From: Lingula anatina
Taxonomy: Eukaryota; Animalia; Brachiopoda
Direction of reading: 5' to 3'
Length of the DNA stretch: 64,000 nucleotides
NCBI GenBank assembly: GCA_051362555.1
Contig: CM120640.1
Coordinates: forward strand, 24,290,225 to 24,354,224
The first letter of the stretch is position 1. The number at the start of each line of letters is the position of its first letter. The position numbers and the translations under genes are program-made. Below, piece by piece: positions 24,213 to 36,500 of the stretch. The notes beneath the pieces are model-generated. The model was not told where the DNA came from. It saw nothing but the letters and a program-made list of their open reading frames with translations, and searched no databases.

Positions 24213-24446
24213 AATGTAGTGAACCATTAATAGTACTGATAGTCTAAAATTGCATACATGTGATTTACATTTTTGTTTAATTGTTAAATTTATTCAGATG
24301 CATATAAGCATGATAGGTTGCATGTAGTGAACTACTGAGTATTAATAGTATACCGATAGTTAGATTTGCATCTTTGTTTAATTCAAATGTATTGACAATC
24401 ATGTTTTAATTTATTCAAATGTATAGAAGCATGGCATGTTGCATGT
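24213..24446. repeat. Degenerate two-copy tandem duplication (~110-125 bp)
   Basis: The series atgtagtgaac..attaatagta..gatagt..ttgcat..tttgtttaatt..aatttattca..aagcatg..gttgcatgt occurs twice in succession. Confidence 0.6.
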
Positions 24447-24509
24447 CAGTTATAGAAATTCATTTAAAATGTAAATTAAGTTTTTGTATAAAAGCAGTGA
24501 CCTAGCCAC

Positions 24510-24613
24510 AGAGAGGGGGAGGAGACACACAGAGAGACATATAGATAGAGACATACAGTAGATTAAGATAGATATAGATAGAGAGAGATGGAGAGAGAGA
24601 GAGAGAGCAGAGA
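24510..24613. repeat. GA/GATA-rich simple repeat
   Basis: Runs of gagaga and agat. Confidence 0.8.
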
Positions 24614-24930
24614 CCCGAATTTACAGTCAGCCAAATAAACCATGTAGCAGAATACTATACCTGCCTGTCTCAGGTGTTATGGGTGAAAAGCAAATCAAAG
24701 AACGTGAATATAACCATGCACAGGCTGGTTATTACATAATGTTACGGTCATTTGGATACCTTGCATCTTTATGTTTTACTTCTAGCTAAGGACAGGTAGC
24801 TGGGTTAATGCTATTGCAATGGTTAATGTTGAGTTGGGTTCCTATGGGCCAATACAAAATTTGACTTTGGGTAACTCCAAGCGCGGACAGCATATTATTA
24901 TTAAAAAGAAATATGAATACGTATCAGATC

Positions 24931-25078
24931 GGGGGCGTCTCGATAGTCCGAAGGTTCATTGGTCCGAAAAGTGGTTACGTTTTCATCGATTTTTTAATCA
25001 AGGGTTCATTGGTCCGAAGGTTATATAGTGAACATTCGGATCAATGAACCTTCGGACTCATCAGATCGATACGAGCCC
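24931..25078. mobile_element. Small non-autonomous DNA-transposon-like element with inverted termini and internal ggttcattggtccgaa units
   Basis: The left end agtccgaaggttcattggtccgaa matches the reverse complement of the right end ttcggatcaatgaaccttcggact at 23/24. The unit is repeated directly near 25003-25020. Confidence 0.65.
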
Positions 25079-25443
25079 ATACACAAGACTACCTGGTATG
25101 CTGCCACCGTACTGTAGCCTTATATAAATTTTTAAGTACTTACTGCAAAGCATGGAAGGGCAATAACTGAGGCAAATTGTATTTGTGACGTGCATTTTGC
25201 TCACAGGTACTCGTACAGTACACAGTACAATGTACAACTACAAGTGTCGCCAAGTGCACAAATTACATAATGCCATAAACAATCTACCGCAGGTCAGACG
25301 AAGTTGCTATGGCTTTACACTGAAGCAATGCTTAACCGCGAGTCCAGCTAGCTGACGCAGCATCCACTGAATTTGGCATCTCTTTGACTGTCACTTTAAA
25401 AACTGTCAAGACCCCAATGTCACCTTCGCAATATCATACTCAC

Positions 25444-25495
25444 GCAAGATGGTAGCGGATTGATTGCCAGCTTTACCCGGAAGTTTACGTCAGAA
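25444..25495 (-). promoter_or_regulatory. Probable promoter and first non-coding exon of the W-x-F repeat gene
   Basis: Minus-strand donor C|GTGAGT at 25443, ETS-type CCGGAAGT at 25477-25484, adjacent TTACGTCA, CpG-rich. A further candidate UTR exon ends at 24661 (CAG|GTATAG), and there is an acceptor at 23665. Confidence 0.45.
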
Positions 25496-26860
25496 GAAAT
25501 TGAGGTCAGCAAAACAAAAGCACCTGATGTATATTATGGCCCTCGCCAATCAGTCGTTTTCACACTTTTTACATAAAATTACTCAACCAAGCATAGAAAA
25601 AAAATCAACGTCTTTTATCGCGGTAATTTATTTGACCTGCCAAAACATACGAGCATCTATTCAAATACATGAAATATATTTGAGTTCTTATTTTGCGACC
25701 TTTATTCTTCCCAACCCTTAAAACAATGATAACGCTTCAACGACGCAGAAACCCAGAAATAATTGATTCAACTCTGACATGCACATTAACTAATAGCACA
25801 TGTTAAAACGAAAATAGTTTTTAGTTATAATAGTTATAGACCGTCACGTGTAAGGTCACTTGGGCCAAAACTGTGTGGCTTATGCTCATTCATTCAGTAG
25901 TCGGGGAATATGAAAGCGTAAAAAAATTGTTACTTTGTAACTTTAGAAACATAATATTTAGTGAATAAGCTGTCACTCTCTCATGCACGAGTGTGCAGTG
26001 CGTGCGCCTTTCTGTAATTTGCACGGCTTTGATAATCATTTCATGAGTAGAGGGAGGAGCATTAATTAGATCTACGTTAGATGTTTTTACGTTTATAGTT
26101 TACTACACTGTAGAATAATAACGCGTTTTTTCAAATGACAAATAAATAAATTTAATGCGAAATTATTCTGTTGAGGAATCGGACTACACACTCAAATAGC
26201 TACATGTACAACATCGATGCTGAGAGAGAGAGAGAGAGAGGTGAACTATATTAACGCATGCCGCATTATTTAAAATTTTTAATTTAAGTAACAAATGCAA
26301 CACTACCGGTATGTTTATCATGCTTCACTAAGACAGTGAACCGGCCGTACATAAAAGTAATAGAATTTTTTTTTTGAAAAAGCTGCCAGATAATTTTTTT
26401 CAAAATCTCGTAGTCGTATAGAACCCCCCATACGGTTAGCAAAACGGTCACTGTGTGAAAATACAATATTGTCTGTCAAAAACCCACAGGTGATTCATTT
26501 TGTGTCCTGGTTTCCTCTGTGGCTACTGTAGTCATTACACGTCTTCTAAAAAGTCAACCTCTCTTCTCTTGACCTCTGTTTGCATAAATTAATGCGCATG
26601 ACGTGGTTTTATATCCTCAAATGCATTAAGAATGCTGCTAAGTAAATGTTGGCGACCCCTCTTTAAAACTTACCCAAAAGACGTCAAAATTATACCATAT
26701 TAGCATTTAATGCTACTTACCCAAACATGCTTTCACCGAAACTGCACATGTGGGAAAGACGACGAAAAATAGTTCCCGGAAGTTAGTGCCACCTCTACCT
26801 GCCATATTGAATCCAGGAAGGTCTTTTTTGAAGTGTACGAGTAAATCGATAAAGGAGAAA

Positions 26861-29800
26861 ATGGCATCAAGGAGTGAAAGAGACAAGCAGAAAGCTCTCC
26901 AAGAGAGACATCAAGCGATTTTGTCTGGCCTGTTGAAAGATGACGACAACAAGTATTGTGTAGACTGTGATGCTAAAGGTGAGCCGGTAAAATTAGGGGG
27001 TGTTTTCAAGTGTTGTCTGTTGACAGATTAGTTTTATTACTCGGTTCAGTCAGTGCCAGTAATGTTGTGAATCTTATCTTGCCCTTTTTGTCAAATAAAA
27101 TTTTATCGGAGAAAGGCATGTCACATAATCAAAGTACAACCAAAATATCACTGTTTACATAAAGACAAAATTAAAAAAAAAAAAACTCTTCCTCAGGCTC
27201 TGTGTGTTGCTTTATGTCCAGTCATCATGAGGTTGACCTTAGGGTGCCTTATTTATAAATAAGTCTAAACTAATAATATATCTGCTATCTTCTTTCTTAC
27301 TAGCCTGGTTAGTCTGCACATTTAGTTTACATGTACTTATTTTTATTCTTCATATTTCAGGACCACGATGGGCCTCTTGGAATATAGGTGTATTTCTCTG
27401 CATTCGCTGTGCTGGAATCCATAGGAATTTAGGTGTTCACATTTCAAAAGTGAAATCAGTTAATTTAGACACATGGACACCAGAGCAAATTGCTGTGAGT
27501 ATATTAAAGTAAAATCCATGAAGATGTTTGGAGTTGTCTTTTGAGATAAAGAATTCAGTTATATTCGGTTATGTGTACAGGAAAATTAAGATGATAAAAT
27601 GTATACTCTTAACAGGTATTACAATTCTGTAAGTACTTGGCCATCTTTGTATTTTTAGTCAAATTAGTTTTGATAATATATTAACCTCAGATGATGCAGG
27701 AGATGGGGAATAGCAGAGGACGAGCTGTCTATGAAGCATATCTGCCTGATAATTTCAGAAGACCACAGACCGACTCGTATCCTTGCCTTGTGCTTATTAG
27801 AGTTTTGTAGTAAAATATATTTAAAATATGCAGTGTACTATTATTCATAGCTGGTTGTAAGTTCATGTCTGCCAATTCCAGAATAAATGTTTCATTATTC
27901 TAAATTATTTTGTACTGTAAATAGAAGCTTTTGTCTTATTTGAAAACTTTGTAGAAGCATTAGTCTATTTTTTTCTGTTTACATTTTGATTTTGTACTAC
28001 AGAACTTTGCTTTGAATTTCATTTACCTCAACTTTGAGACCATTGGAAATTCTGATAAGGCAAAAGTATGAACAGAAGAAATATATGGCTAAAGAATTTG
28101 TTCCCCCAGTTATTAAGATACCAGTAAGTTGTTGGGTGTATCATGCATGGACTTTTCAAAAAATGTTTAATGTTGTTCATATGTAAACGCATACTGGGGT
28201 AGTGCTAGCAGTTTTTTTCACGTAGCCAAATCACCACTTTTTTGTCAATTTCTTATCCAAATGGTTATAATTTGACCTTTTTGTTTAGCCAATTTAAGTC
28301 AGTTTTAGCATTCGGCTAAATTGGCAAGTGTTAGCGCTACCCCAGGCATATATTTGCTGCATGATCTTGCTGTGAATTATACATCATACTTTGAGTTGGA
28401 ATGCCATATGTTATGTTGTATAGAAATGTTTTTTGTGAAGTACTATCCCATTGGCACATATTTTTTGTTTTATATATATGTGTTTATTGTTCCCTAACTC
28501 ACTTTTACACAGTCCTTTAGAACATTTTATACGGGATAAGTATGAGAGGAAAAAATACATGGCCAAAGAATGGGTGCCCCCTCGGCCTGCATTTTCAGTT
28601 TCGGTAAGTGGTTTCTTTGAAAAGGCATATCTTTAAAACTAAGACTTCTTTAAAAAGGGCAGTGTGTTGTTTTTTAAAAAAATCACCAATTTTTCAGGTG
28701 CATGTGCATTTTTATTTTTTGTTTTTGATTTTATTTTGATTTTTGGCAGTGCTTTGTGTTTTCTTTTCTTTTTTTATTTGTTTAGAATATTGCTTTTCAA
28801 TAGCTACCTGTTGTTCACTGTTCAATGGATTTTTCTGTATTGATTGTTTTTTCTTTTTATGGTTTAACATGTGTATTAAATTTTTATTCAAGGTTTCTTG
28901 AAATCTTTTTTACTATCCAATGTCTAAAACATGGATTCAGACTTTTGATACAATGTCAAACAAATTATCGAAAATATTTCCAAATTTTTTTGTGTTATTT
29001 TTTGATAAAGCTTCACAAGAAGAATCACAATTCAATATTGATTTTCATTACTAGGATGTTTCAGGATTTGCATTAAGAGTATAATTAAGGTTTAAAAGCT
29101 ATCATTTTGGGAAGTTTTCTCAATTGTATTTTAAGTCATTCAATTAAGTGATTAATTCTATTTGTTTTCAGGCTGTTGAAGATGAGAACAAGAAGAAGAA
29201 AGAAAGGCCTAAACCTAAAGCAAATCCAGTGCAGTTAAATGCTGTAAGTATAAATGCATGCAAAATGTTTGTAATCTTTGTGGAATGATCATCTATTCAT
29301 ACTCTTAGAGTCAGTAAACTTGGTTGTTTTGCCCAAGAATATTTCATCACATTGAAATAAGCACTTTTTTATAGTTTCTCAAATATGTATTTCTCCATCT
29401 AAGAAGATATTGGGGTAAAATTAAGATGATCCCATGATACAAAATACTCTCCATTTATTTTTACTCTATCAAGTCAATTTTTATTTCAGACCGCAAGGCC
29501 AAATAGTAGTGCCAAACCTGCAGGTGCAGTGATGACAAATGGAGAGGTTTCTGCTGCCAAGCAAGAACCACCAAAGGCAAAACAAGCCTCTAATACTGAT
29601 GACTTATTAGGTTTAGGTAGGGCATCTTCATCTAATGTAACTCATAGTTTACTTTATTGAAGTCTTTTTGCTTCGAATTTTTTCTTGGCATGATGTTAGA
29701 AAAGAAGAGATGATGGACATTTGAATTATTTGTGTGACCCTTTTTTTCCCCAGATACACCTTCAGCTCCAGCATCATCCTCGAGTTCTGATCTCTTTGGT

Positions 29801-31840
29801 GATTTCTTGGGCGGTCCTCCATCACAGTCCCAGCCAACACAGCAACAGCAGCCACAGACAGAAGCACAACAGAATAATGATTTATTTGGAGACAGTTTAT
29901 TGAAAGACAATACAAATAATGTGGAAGAAAAATCCAAATCAACGAAAGAATCCATTTTAGCTTTGTATGGATCAGGTGCTCCACCCCCACAACAGCAGAT
30001 GTTTGGGGTGCCAGGTCAGAGTTGATTCTTCTTGTTAAATGAAAAAAAAAATTATTTTAGTTTATCAGCTGTAGGAATCTGCATCCTGGAGGAACATTCT
30101 TTGTGCAGTTTTGTATTTTTTTTGGTATTGTTTTGTTTGAATAAATTATTTTATTAAAAGCTAAATTCATGTGCAAAAACTATCAAACAAACAAGTATTG
30201 TTCTAACACATTTTTTGAAAACATTTTAGGTGGTGTTTACCATAGTATGCCACAACAGCCACAGGGTTATAACTATGGTCCTGGCATGCAGATGAATATG
30301 CCAGGAGGTGGCATGATGCCAGGACAGATGCCAACACAGATGCCAGCACAAATGCAAATGCCAGGCATGCAGCAAAACATGATGGCAATGCAGCAGGTAC
30401 GTATTGTATGTATGCAGGATATGCATACAAATAAGTTTTTATAATCAAGATGAAACTACATCATTGAGTGAAAAGTGGGATTAACAATTTTTTATTATTT
30501 TGCTTTAAATGTCCTGATTTTTGTTTTCAGCAGTTAGGATACTTGAAATATATGCAGGTAAGATCTAAGCTTACAGAAAGCACATGGGAAGCTTGTGTTG
30601 AATCTTTATGGTTTTTCTTTGATGGACCAGGGATTGTTATTTGTTGGTGAAAGTTTATCATGAAATGTAGTTTTGGTAAAAAATTTGTATTTGTAAAGAG
30701 GAATGCAGGATGGCTTGTGGAGGCTTAACACTTATTTTTCAAAAGACATGGAATGTTTTTTTTTTGCAATTCACAACATGGGCCTGGCATTTGCAATTTG
30801 CCTGCTTGCAGTAGTGTAGCATTTCCACAGGTTATCAGAGACATTTTTTATGATGAATTATAGTCTTAAGGTTAAAATGAATTCTTGGTTTTAAATTGGA
30901 ATGCTTTCTTTTGTAAATGGGATATTTAGGACCAAGGGCACTAATTATATGTTCATTTTTGGGCCTGCATAGAATGTGGAAAAAAGTATGCACCATGGTG
31001 AATGTTTCAGGTTTAATTTACAGTGGATGCCCTCCTTGTTGAATTTTAACCCAGGAAATGATTTGTTAGCCAACTTTGTGAAATTATACTACAATGAAAG
31101 CATGAGTTTTTTTCATTGCCTTTGTCTAGAAGGTCCCACAGTGGATTCATATGTACATGTTTGTATGTAAATTACCCATTGTAAAAAAAGGTACCAGAAC
31201 TTAATAAGTAAATCAAAGTTAATACATTTCACATTTGTTATTGTAGCAGTCAATGATGATGGGAGGCATGCAGGGTGGGATGCAAGGTGGAATGCAGCCC
31301 AATATGATGGCAGGTGGGAATATGATGATGGGACAAGGGCAAATGGGAGGTTACAATCCACAACAACAGCAGTATCATTTACAGCAGGTAGGCAGATTCA
31401 ACACAGTAGTAAATGTGTATTGTCAATAATATTAGGATTTTACATATTACATGACTGATCTTAATTGGTAGAACATTAAGTAAATGCTAATGCCAATTTG
31501 CTTTGACTAAGCAAGTTGGAACATGGGTAAATTGTACCATGTTTGATGAAGTGAAAATCAGCATTTTTTACTCTTTAAATTGTCAGGGATGCCCCAGTTT
31601 GTACATCTTTACCAAGAATTGACCTGTCTTTTAACATTCTGGTTTGGTTTGATTGTTTAATAAATATAGTCTACAATATTTGGTCTTACTTTGAAGGTTC
31701 AGCAGCAACTAGCGAATATGAACATGGGTCAGCCAGTAGCAGGAGCAGGCTTTCCACAACAGGGCCAGGTCATGGCTGGAGGGGGTGGCTGGGGAAACCC
31801 GGGCTCAGGGACAACTTTGGCAAATAATCTTTGGCAATGA
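26861..31840 (+). CDS. SMAP1: Stromal membrane-associated ArfGAP (SMAP1/SMAP2 family)
   Basis: Exons 26861-26978, 27361-27494, 27691-27776, [28039-28123 or 28513-28603], 29172-29243, 29490-29616, 29754-30014, 30230-30396, 31247-31387, 31697-31840. Features: ArfGAP zinc finger CVDC-x16-CIRC with WASWNIG and [17 protein letters not shown], clathrin box [18 protein letters not shown]-rich tail ending TLANNLWQ*. Likely co-orthologue of SMAP1 and SMAP2. Confidence 0.95.
28039..28123 (+). CDS. SMAP alternative exon 4a (85 nt)
   Basis: Encodes (S)[28 protein letters not shown], homologous to exon 4b with the same phases, and ends in GTAAGT. Confidence 0.8.
28194..28345. mobile_element. 152-bp MITE between SMAP exons 4a and 4b
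   Basis: TIRs ctggggtagtgctagca / tgttagcgctaccccag match at 15/17. A direct repeat GCATA flanks both sides (28189-28193 and 28346-28350). Confidence 0.75.
28513..28603 (+). CDS. SMAP alternative exon 4b (91 nt)
   Basis: Encodes (S)[30 protein letters not shown] with the canonical ArfGAP FIRDKYE motif, and ends in GTAAGT. Confidence 0.88.
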
Positions 31841-33014
31841 TAAGTGATGGTTTTAGGTTTTGCATATTATCATTAAGTTATATAAATTAATACAGGACCG
31901 GGGAAATAATTGAATTGGCTGGGAATGTTCAGATGGACCACATTAGGATGTAAATGAAAGGACTACATCAGTGCTCAAATGTGTTGCAAATACACCACCC
32001 ATGGTAGAAATCATATCACTGATTCTAGAAATCTTCTGAAGTGTGTTCTCTTGGGATTAACATAAATTAATCCTCAGACATAGAATTTTAAATGCCCATG
32101 CTATTGTCTTTGTACAGTTTTTAAGTATCAGTAAGATCTTGACTAATAAATTGTGAACTTCCCCTTTTTTATTGCAACTGTAGAAATTCTTGTACCAAAT
32201 GGACAAGACACCATTGATGTTGGTCAGGTTAAGTACATTATAGTTTTGCATTGTAATACATTGATAGCATTTAATGGTCATTGTCTCGGTGTGAGCAGTA
32301 TTATGTTTTTATTTCTCATTGTGGTGACTTATTAGAAGTGCATAAAGTGCATCGATTTTGCCAAGTAATTTGTTATTATAGATAAAAGATCAAGTTTCTG
32401 CCACCTCCAATTCTTTAACTCTCCTGTGATGTCAAATGGGTGAATTTGGGGTACATAATTTGGCATAAGATGCCTGAGTGATTAGCATTAGTTGACATTT
32501 GCTGAACTAGGGTGTTATCCTGTTTCCAAAACTTATTTCCGTAGCTGGGCTTCGGGCTAACTAGGTAGTGCAACATAATGATACAAATGTAACACATCTT
32601 AATTATTTGTGGGAACTTGAAGAAGTGGTTTTCATTCACACATCTAATTTTTTTATCAGAACGGAAAGAACTTCATTCTTGGAAATGCTTTATAATTTGA
32701 GGTTTAGCAAGCGATAACTATACTTTGTCCGTGTTGCATTCCATCAGTTTTAAACATGAAATAAGTCAAAGAATTATCATGTATATAATGAATAGCAGAA
32801 AAACTGAAATGTCCATTTCTTTATTCTGTAACAGTAGTTTGTTGTAAAATGAATTTTATTAATAGCGATTTGTATATCATAGGTACTGTACATTGTTATA
32901 TGTAAAATAAAATCCTTCCAATACTAGTTTTGGTTATCTTGGACTAATAAAAGTCAGATCCCACCTTCATAATTTTATTTTATAGATAAAATACTATCAT
33001 CCAAAAAATATAAA

Positions 33015-33045
<31 letters not shown>

Positions 33046-33541
33046 TAAAATAAAAGCACTTTGCAGCAAAATTTTAAAGTGAAAAATACAGGTCCAAGTT
33101 AAAAATTAAGAATATATCCAAGTAATATCTTGGAAAAGTAAATTTGATATTTCAATTTTTTTTATAATTAAGTTACTGCTGATAACCAAAGGAAAAAGAC
33201 ATCTGAATCCCATTAAAGCAACACCACGTCTTGATATTATCGACATGATTTCATTCTCCTAACAAATGATTTCATATTTTAATAACTTTTTAAAAAAAGT
33301 ATTTCAGATAATATATGCTTTTTGAAAAATTTGCAGCGTTTGACAAAAATATCAAAGGCCTTCAAAGTTTGTGTCTTTTGATAGAAAAACAGGCCCCATC
33401 TCTCCCTTGTCTTATTAGAGTTCCAAAAAGTGTACATTATAAAGCACCAGTTTGATGTTTTTTGACATGATATGAGGTGTGCAAGTTGTGTGATACATGT
33501 TTTTGAAAGTAAGGCCTTCAACTTCTGGAGCCATGCACTGG

Positions 33542-36500
33542 TTATACAATTTTTACCCCTTGTAGGTTGTTTTGTAAATTGATTAATTCTTTTTCTTGTC
33601 TAATCTGCTCAGCCTTGAATGCTACCTTGTTGGCCTTCTTTTCTGCCCTTCTTTCCTACAAAAGAAAAAAGGATTCTGTTTTAAGCAGCATTTGACATTA
33701 CTATTAACAACAGACAAAAACAGCAGTTAGACTTATACTCCTGTATCATACAGGCGGCTGTTTCAACAACTCAACATGCACAGATGGTAGTGGACCTTTT
33801 AAAAAATCTAGAAAATGCCAAGTGCCAAGGGCATGCAGATCTATATAGGAGGTTGGAGGCAGATATTCGATATGGGGGGAAGGGCAAAAAGGATAATTTT
33901 TAAAAAAATTAAAGCTTCTGAAATGCTGTTCATTAGGTTTCAGTGCCTCCCCCCCCCCCCCCCCCCCAATTTGGTGAAATGGTGGGCACTCTGGTTCTTC
34001 CTGTGACACGTATGGATTACAAGCTCTCATGTATAAATAATTTTCCATCAAATGATTTGCCACTACGGCTTCATCTTACTTTTCTTTGCTCTTTGACTGC
34101 CTTCTTCCTGGCTCTCTTTTCATCTGTGCTTTCATCTTTAGGCCTGTATGTACATGCGACATCTCCTTTATTTGCATGATCCATCTCTTTTTCTAATTGT
34201 TTTTTAGTCAAACCTTTTTGAGGTAAGATGCCTAGAGGAATACCAGTCTTCTTTGAAAATTTAATGTCTTTTTCCTAGAAAACAAAATAAAAGGATTTTG
34301 TAAAAAAGAAAATTCTATCATTGTTTAATGGGTTGCTTAATTATTGATTTCACACTAGTAATAAAACTTCTCCAGATAAAAAAATCAATATAACCGATTG
34401 TAAAATGACAACACTTACCTTTTTTGTAGGTTCTTCTATGGTTTTTGGATGGTTGTATAATGTAGAATATGTGGCTATAAAAGAAATAAAAATCCAATTA
34501 CTAAAGAAATAACTGTTAAACCTTCTTTACTCTTCTTTTTCTCTTGACAAATGCTTGAAATAAGAAATTGGGAATTCTCAAATACTTTTATATTGCAAGG
34601 GTGAAAGTTGTGAAAATTGAAAATCCATTTAGACCACATGAAAAAACAATCAAAATGAAGACTGCAAATCCTGTAATTGGGCATAATCCTGAAAACTTTC
34701 AACCATGACATTGCCAACCTGACCCGTGGACCAATGACTCAAGCACACTAAATAAGCCATTACTTGCATATATACCACAAGGCAAAATATAACTGTGTTC
34801 TTACATAAAATTGTCTCACAGTCCCATTTTTCATCTGGCTTCTCCATAACCATTTTAACTAAATCATCGTCACCATCATCTTCTTCTGAGTCTGTATCAA
34901 TCTCAACATTATCCTTCCCCTTTTCGATAACATCTTTTAATTTTCTAGAAAGAAAGTTATTCAGAAAAAAAGGTTAACTTTACATACAGATGTCCTAAAC
35001 ATTTTTTTAATTGTCTTACCCAGAAACATGCGTATTCAAAATACTGAAATAAACAACGAATAAAAATAAGATGAACATGCGATAATCAAATCAATAACAC
35101 TCATACTGGGTGCATCACTCACACTTGTGCCTGTTGCTTTTCAAATTCGTCCAATATATCATTCAGGACTTCACTTCCCTGTTGCAACCTGCCCTCAATA
35201 TCTTCATTGTCCAATGCCCCTATTTCATCATCACCATATGCTGTGTACAACTGAAACAAAGAAAAAATGCATATTAACAGATGATACACATTCAACCCAC
35301 TGACGGACTACTGCTTAAAAAATTGGTATAAAAAGCAATAATTTAGGTGAAGAATCAAAGTTATCTTTATTGGTAAAAGATCAACAACACATCCTAGCTC
35401 TTCACACATCTCAAGTCTCAAGTAGCCAATTTCATATGAAACAAAAGTCAAATTGTGTGTGCCATCAGAAACAAGCAGCTTTCAAATTTATGATTATTTT
35501 TCTGCCTTGTCTGTTCTCATACTCATATTCAACTGCAAACACTCCGTGACAGGTGTTCAGTGGACAAGCTAGTCACACAGTCTGTCCAGAGCCAAATATT
35601 GTATAAATCAGCCAAAATTCCCGAACTGTTTAGATTAGATAGAGGATAAAAACTAAGTAATTTGGCCATCTATTTTGCATCTGATTGGTTAGTCAACACT
35701 GACTGTAATCACCTTGCACACTGGTTGATAATGCTACTAATTGGTCCCTTGTGACAAAAATCTTGCCTACACATATACCTTAAGACTGCTCTAAGAGTCA
35801 TATGCTAAAATCATAAACTTGCGGGTAAAGAAACCCAAATAATCTACACTTCTAATGAAACAGGACAATATCTTTAATACCTGCTCAAATCTATCATCCA
35901 GCAAAGTCAGTCCTTCATTCCTCCTTATAACTGATGATGTCATAGAGTAATTTGTGAAATGAGATTTGGTTTCAAAATTTTCTAAACTTCCAACATCTGA
36001 CAACTGCTCATCTGAGCCTATGTCACTACCAGAATATTCTTCTTCATCATCATCATCACCTTTCCAATATCTGTAACGAAGTGAAATGTGAATAGCTTTA
36101 ACTTTTGTCTTCCATGCTTCAATCAGTATATAACATATCAACAGCTGAAAAATAAGGAAAGAGTAAAAACTTGACAGATCTTTAAATTTGTATTGGTTAT
36201 TTTCAAAATCAATTTGAAAGCACTTTCTTTCTTAAGCCTAAAAGAATGTTTGACATTAATTGGAAATTAAGACTGTGCAGAAAAATTTACCATTACTTTC
36301 ACTTCTTTGGTCTAAGTCATGGAAACCAAACCTACTGACAAAGGTTGTGATGAAAAAAAAAAAAAAGGAGCAAAACCCACTCACATGTCATCACTATCTG
36401 TTGCAGTATTGGCCTGTGTTACAAAGTCATCTTCAAGTATGTTGTCTGGGTTGTCAAAATCATAATCATCATCCAATGCTGCCAATATATCTGGATCCAA

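Larger units (their letters stand above)
27777..28512 (+). other. U12-type (minor spliceosome) GT-AG intron of SMAP with two alternative acceptors
   Basis: Donor GTATCCTT at 27777. Branch-like TACCTCAAC (28024-28032) precedes the AG at 28038, and TTCCCTAAC (28490-28498) precedes the AG at 28512. Confidence 0.85.

Noticed and set aside
28003-28038. Upstream U2-type acceptor (TACAG at 28002) for SMAP exon 4a
   Set aside because: The extension contains an in-frame TGA.
36291-36334. Possible extra LTV1 micro-exon (41 or 44 nt)
   Set aside because: It would frameshift, leaves only a ~50-nt upstream intron, and the flanking exons already join in phase.
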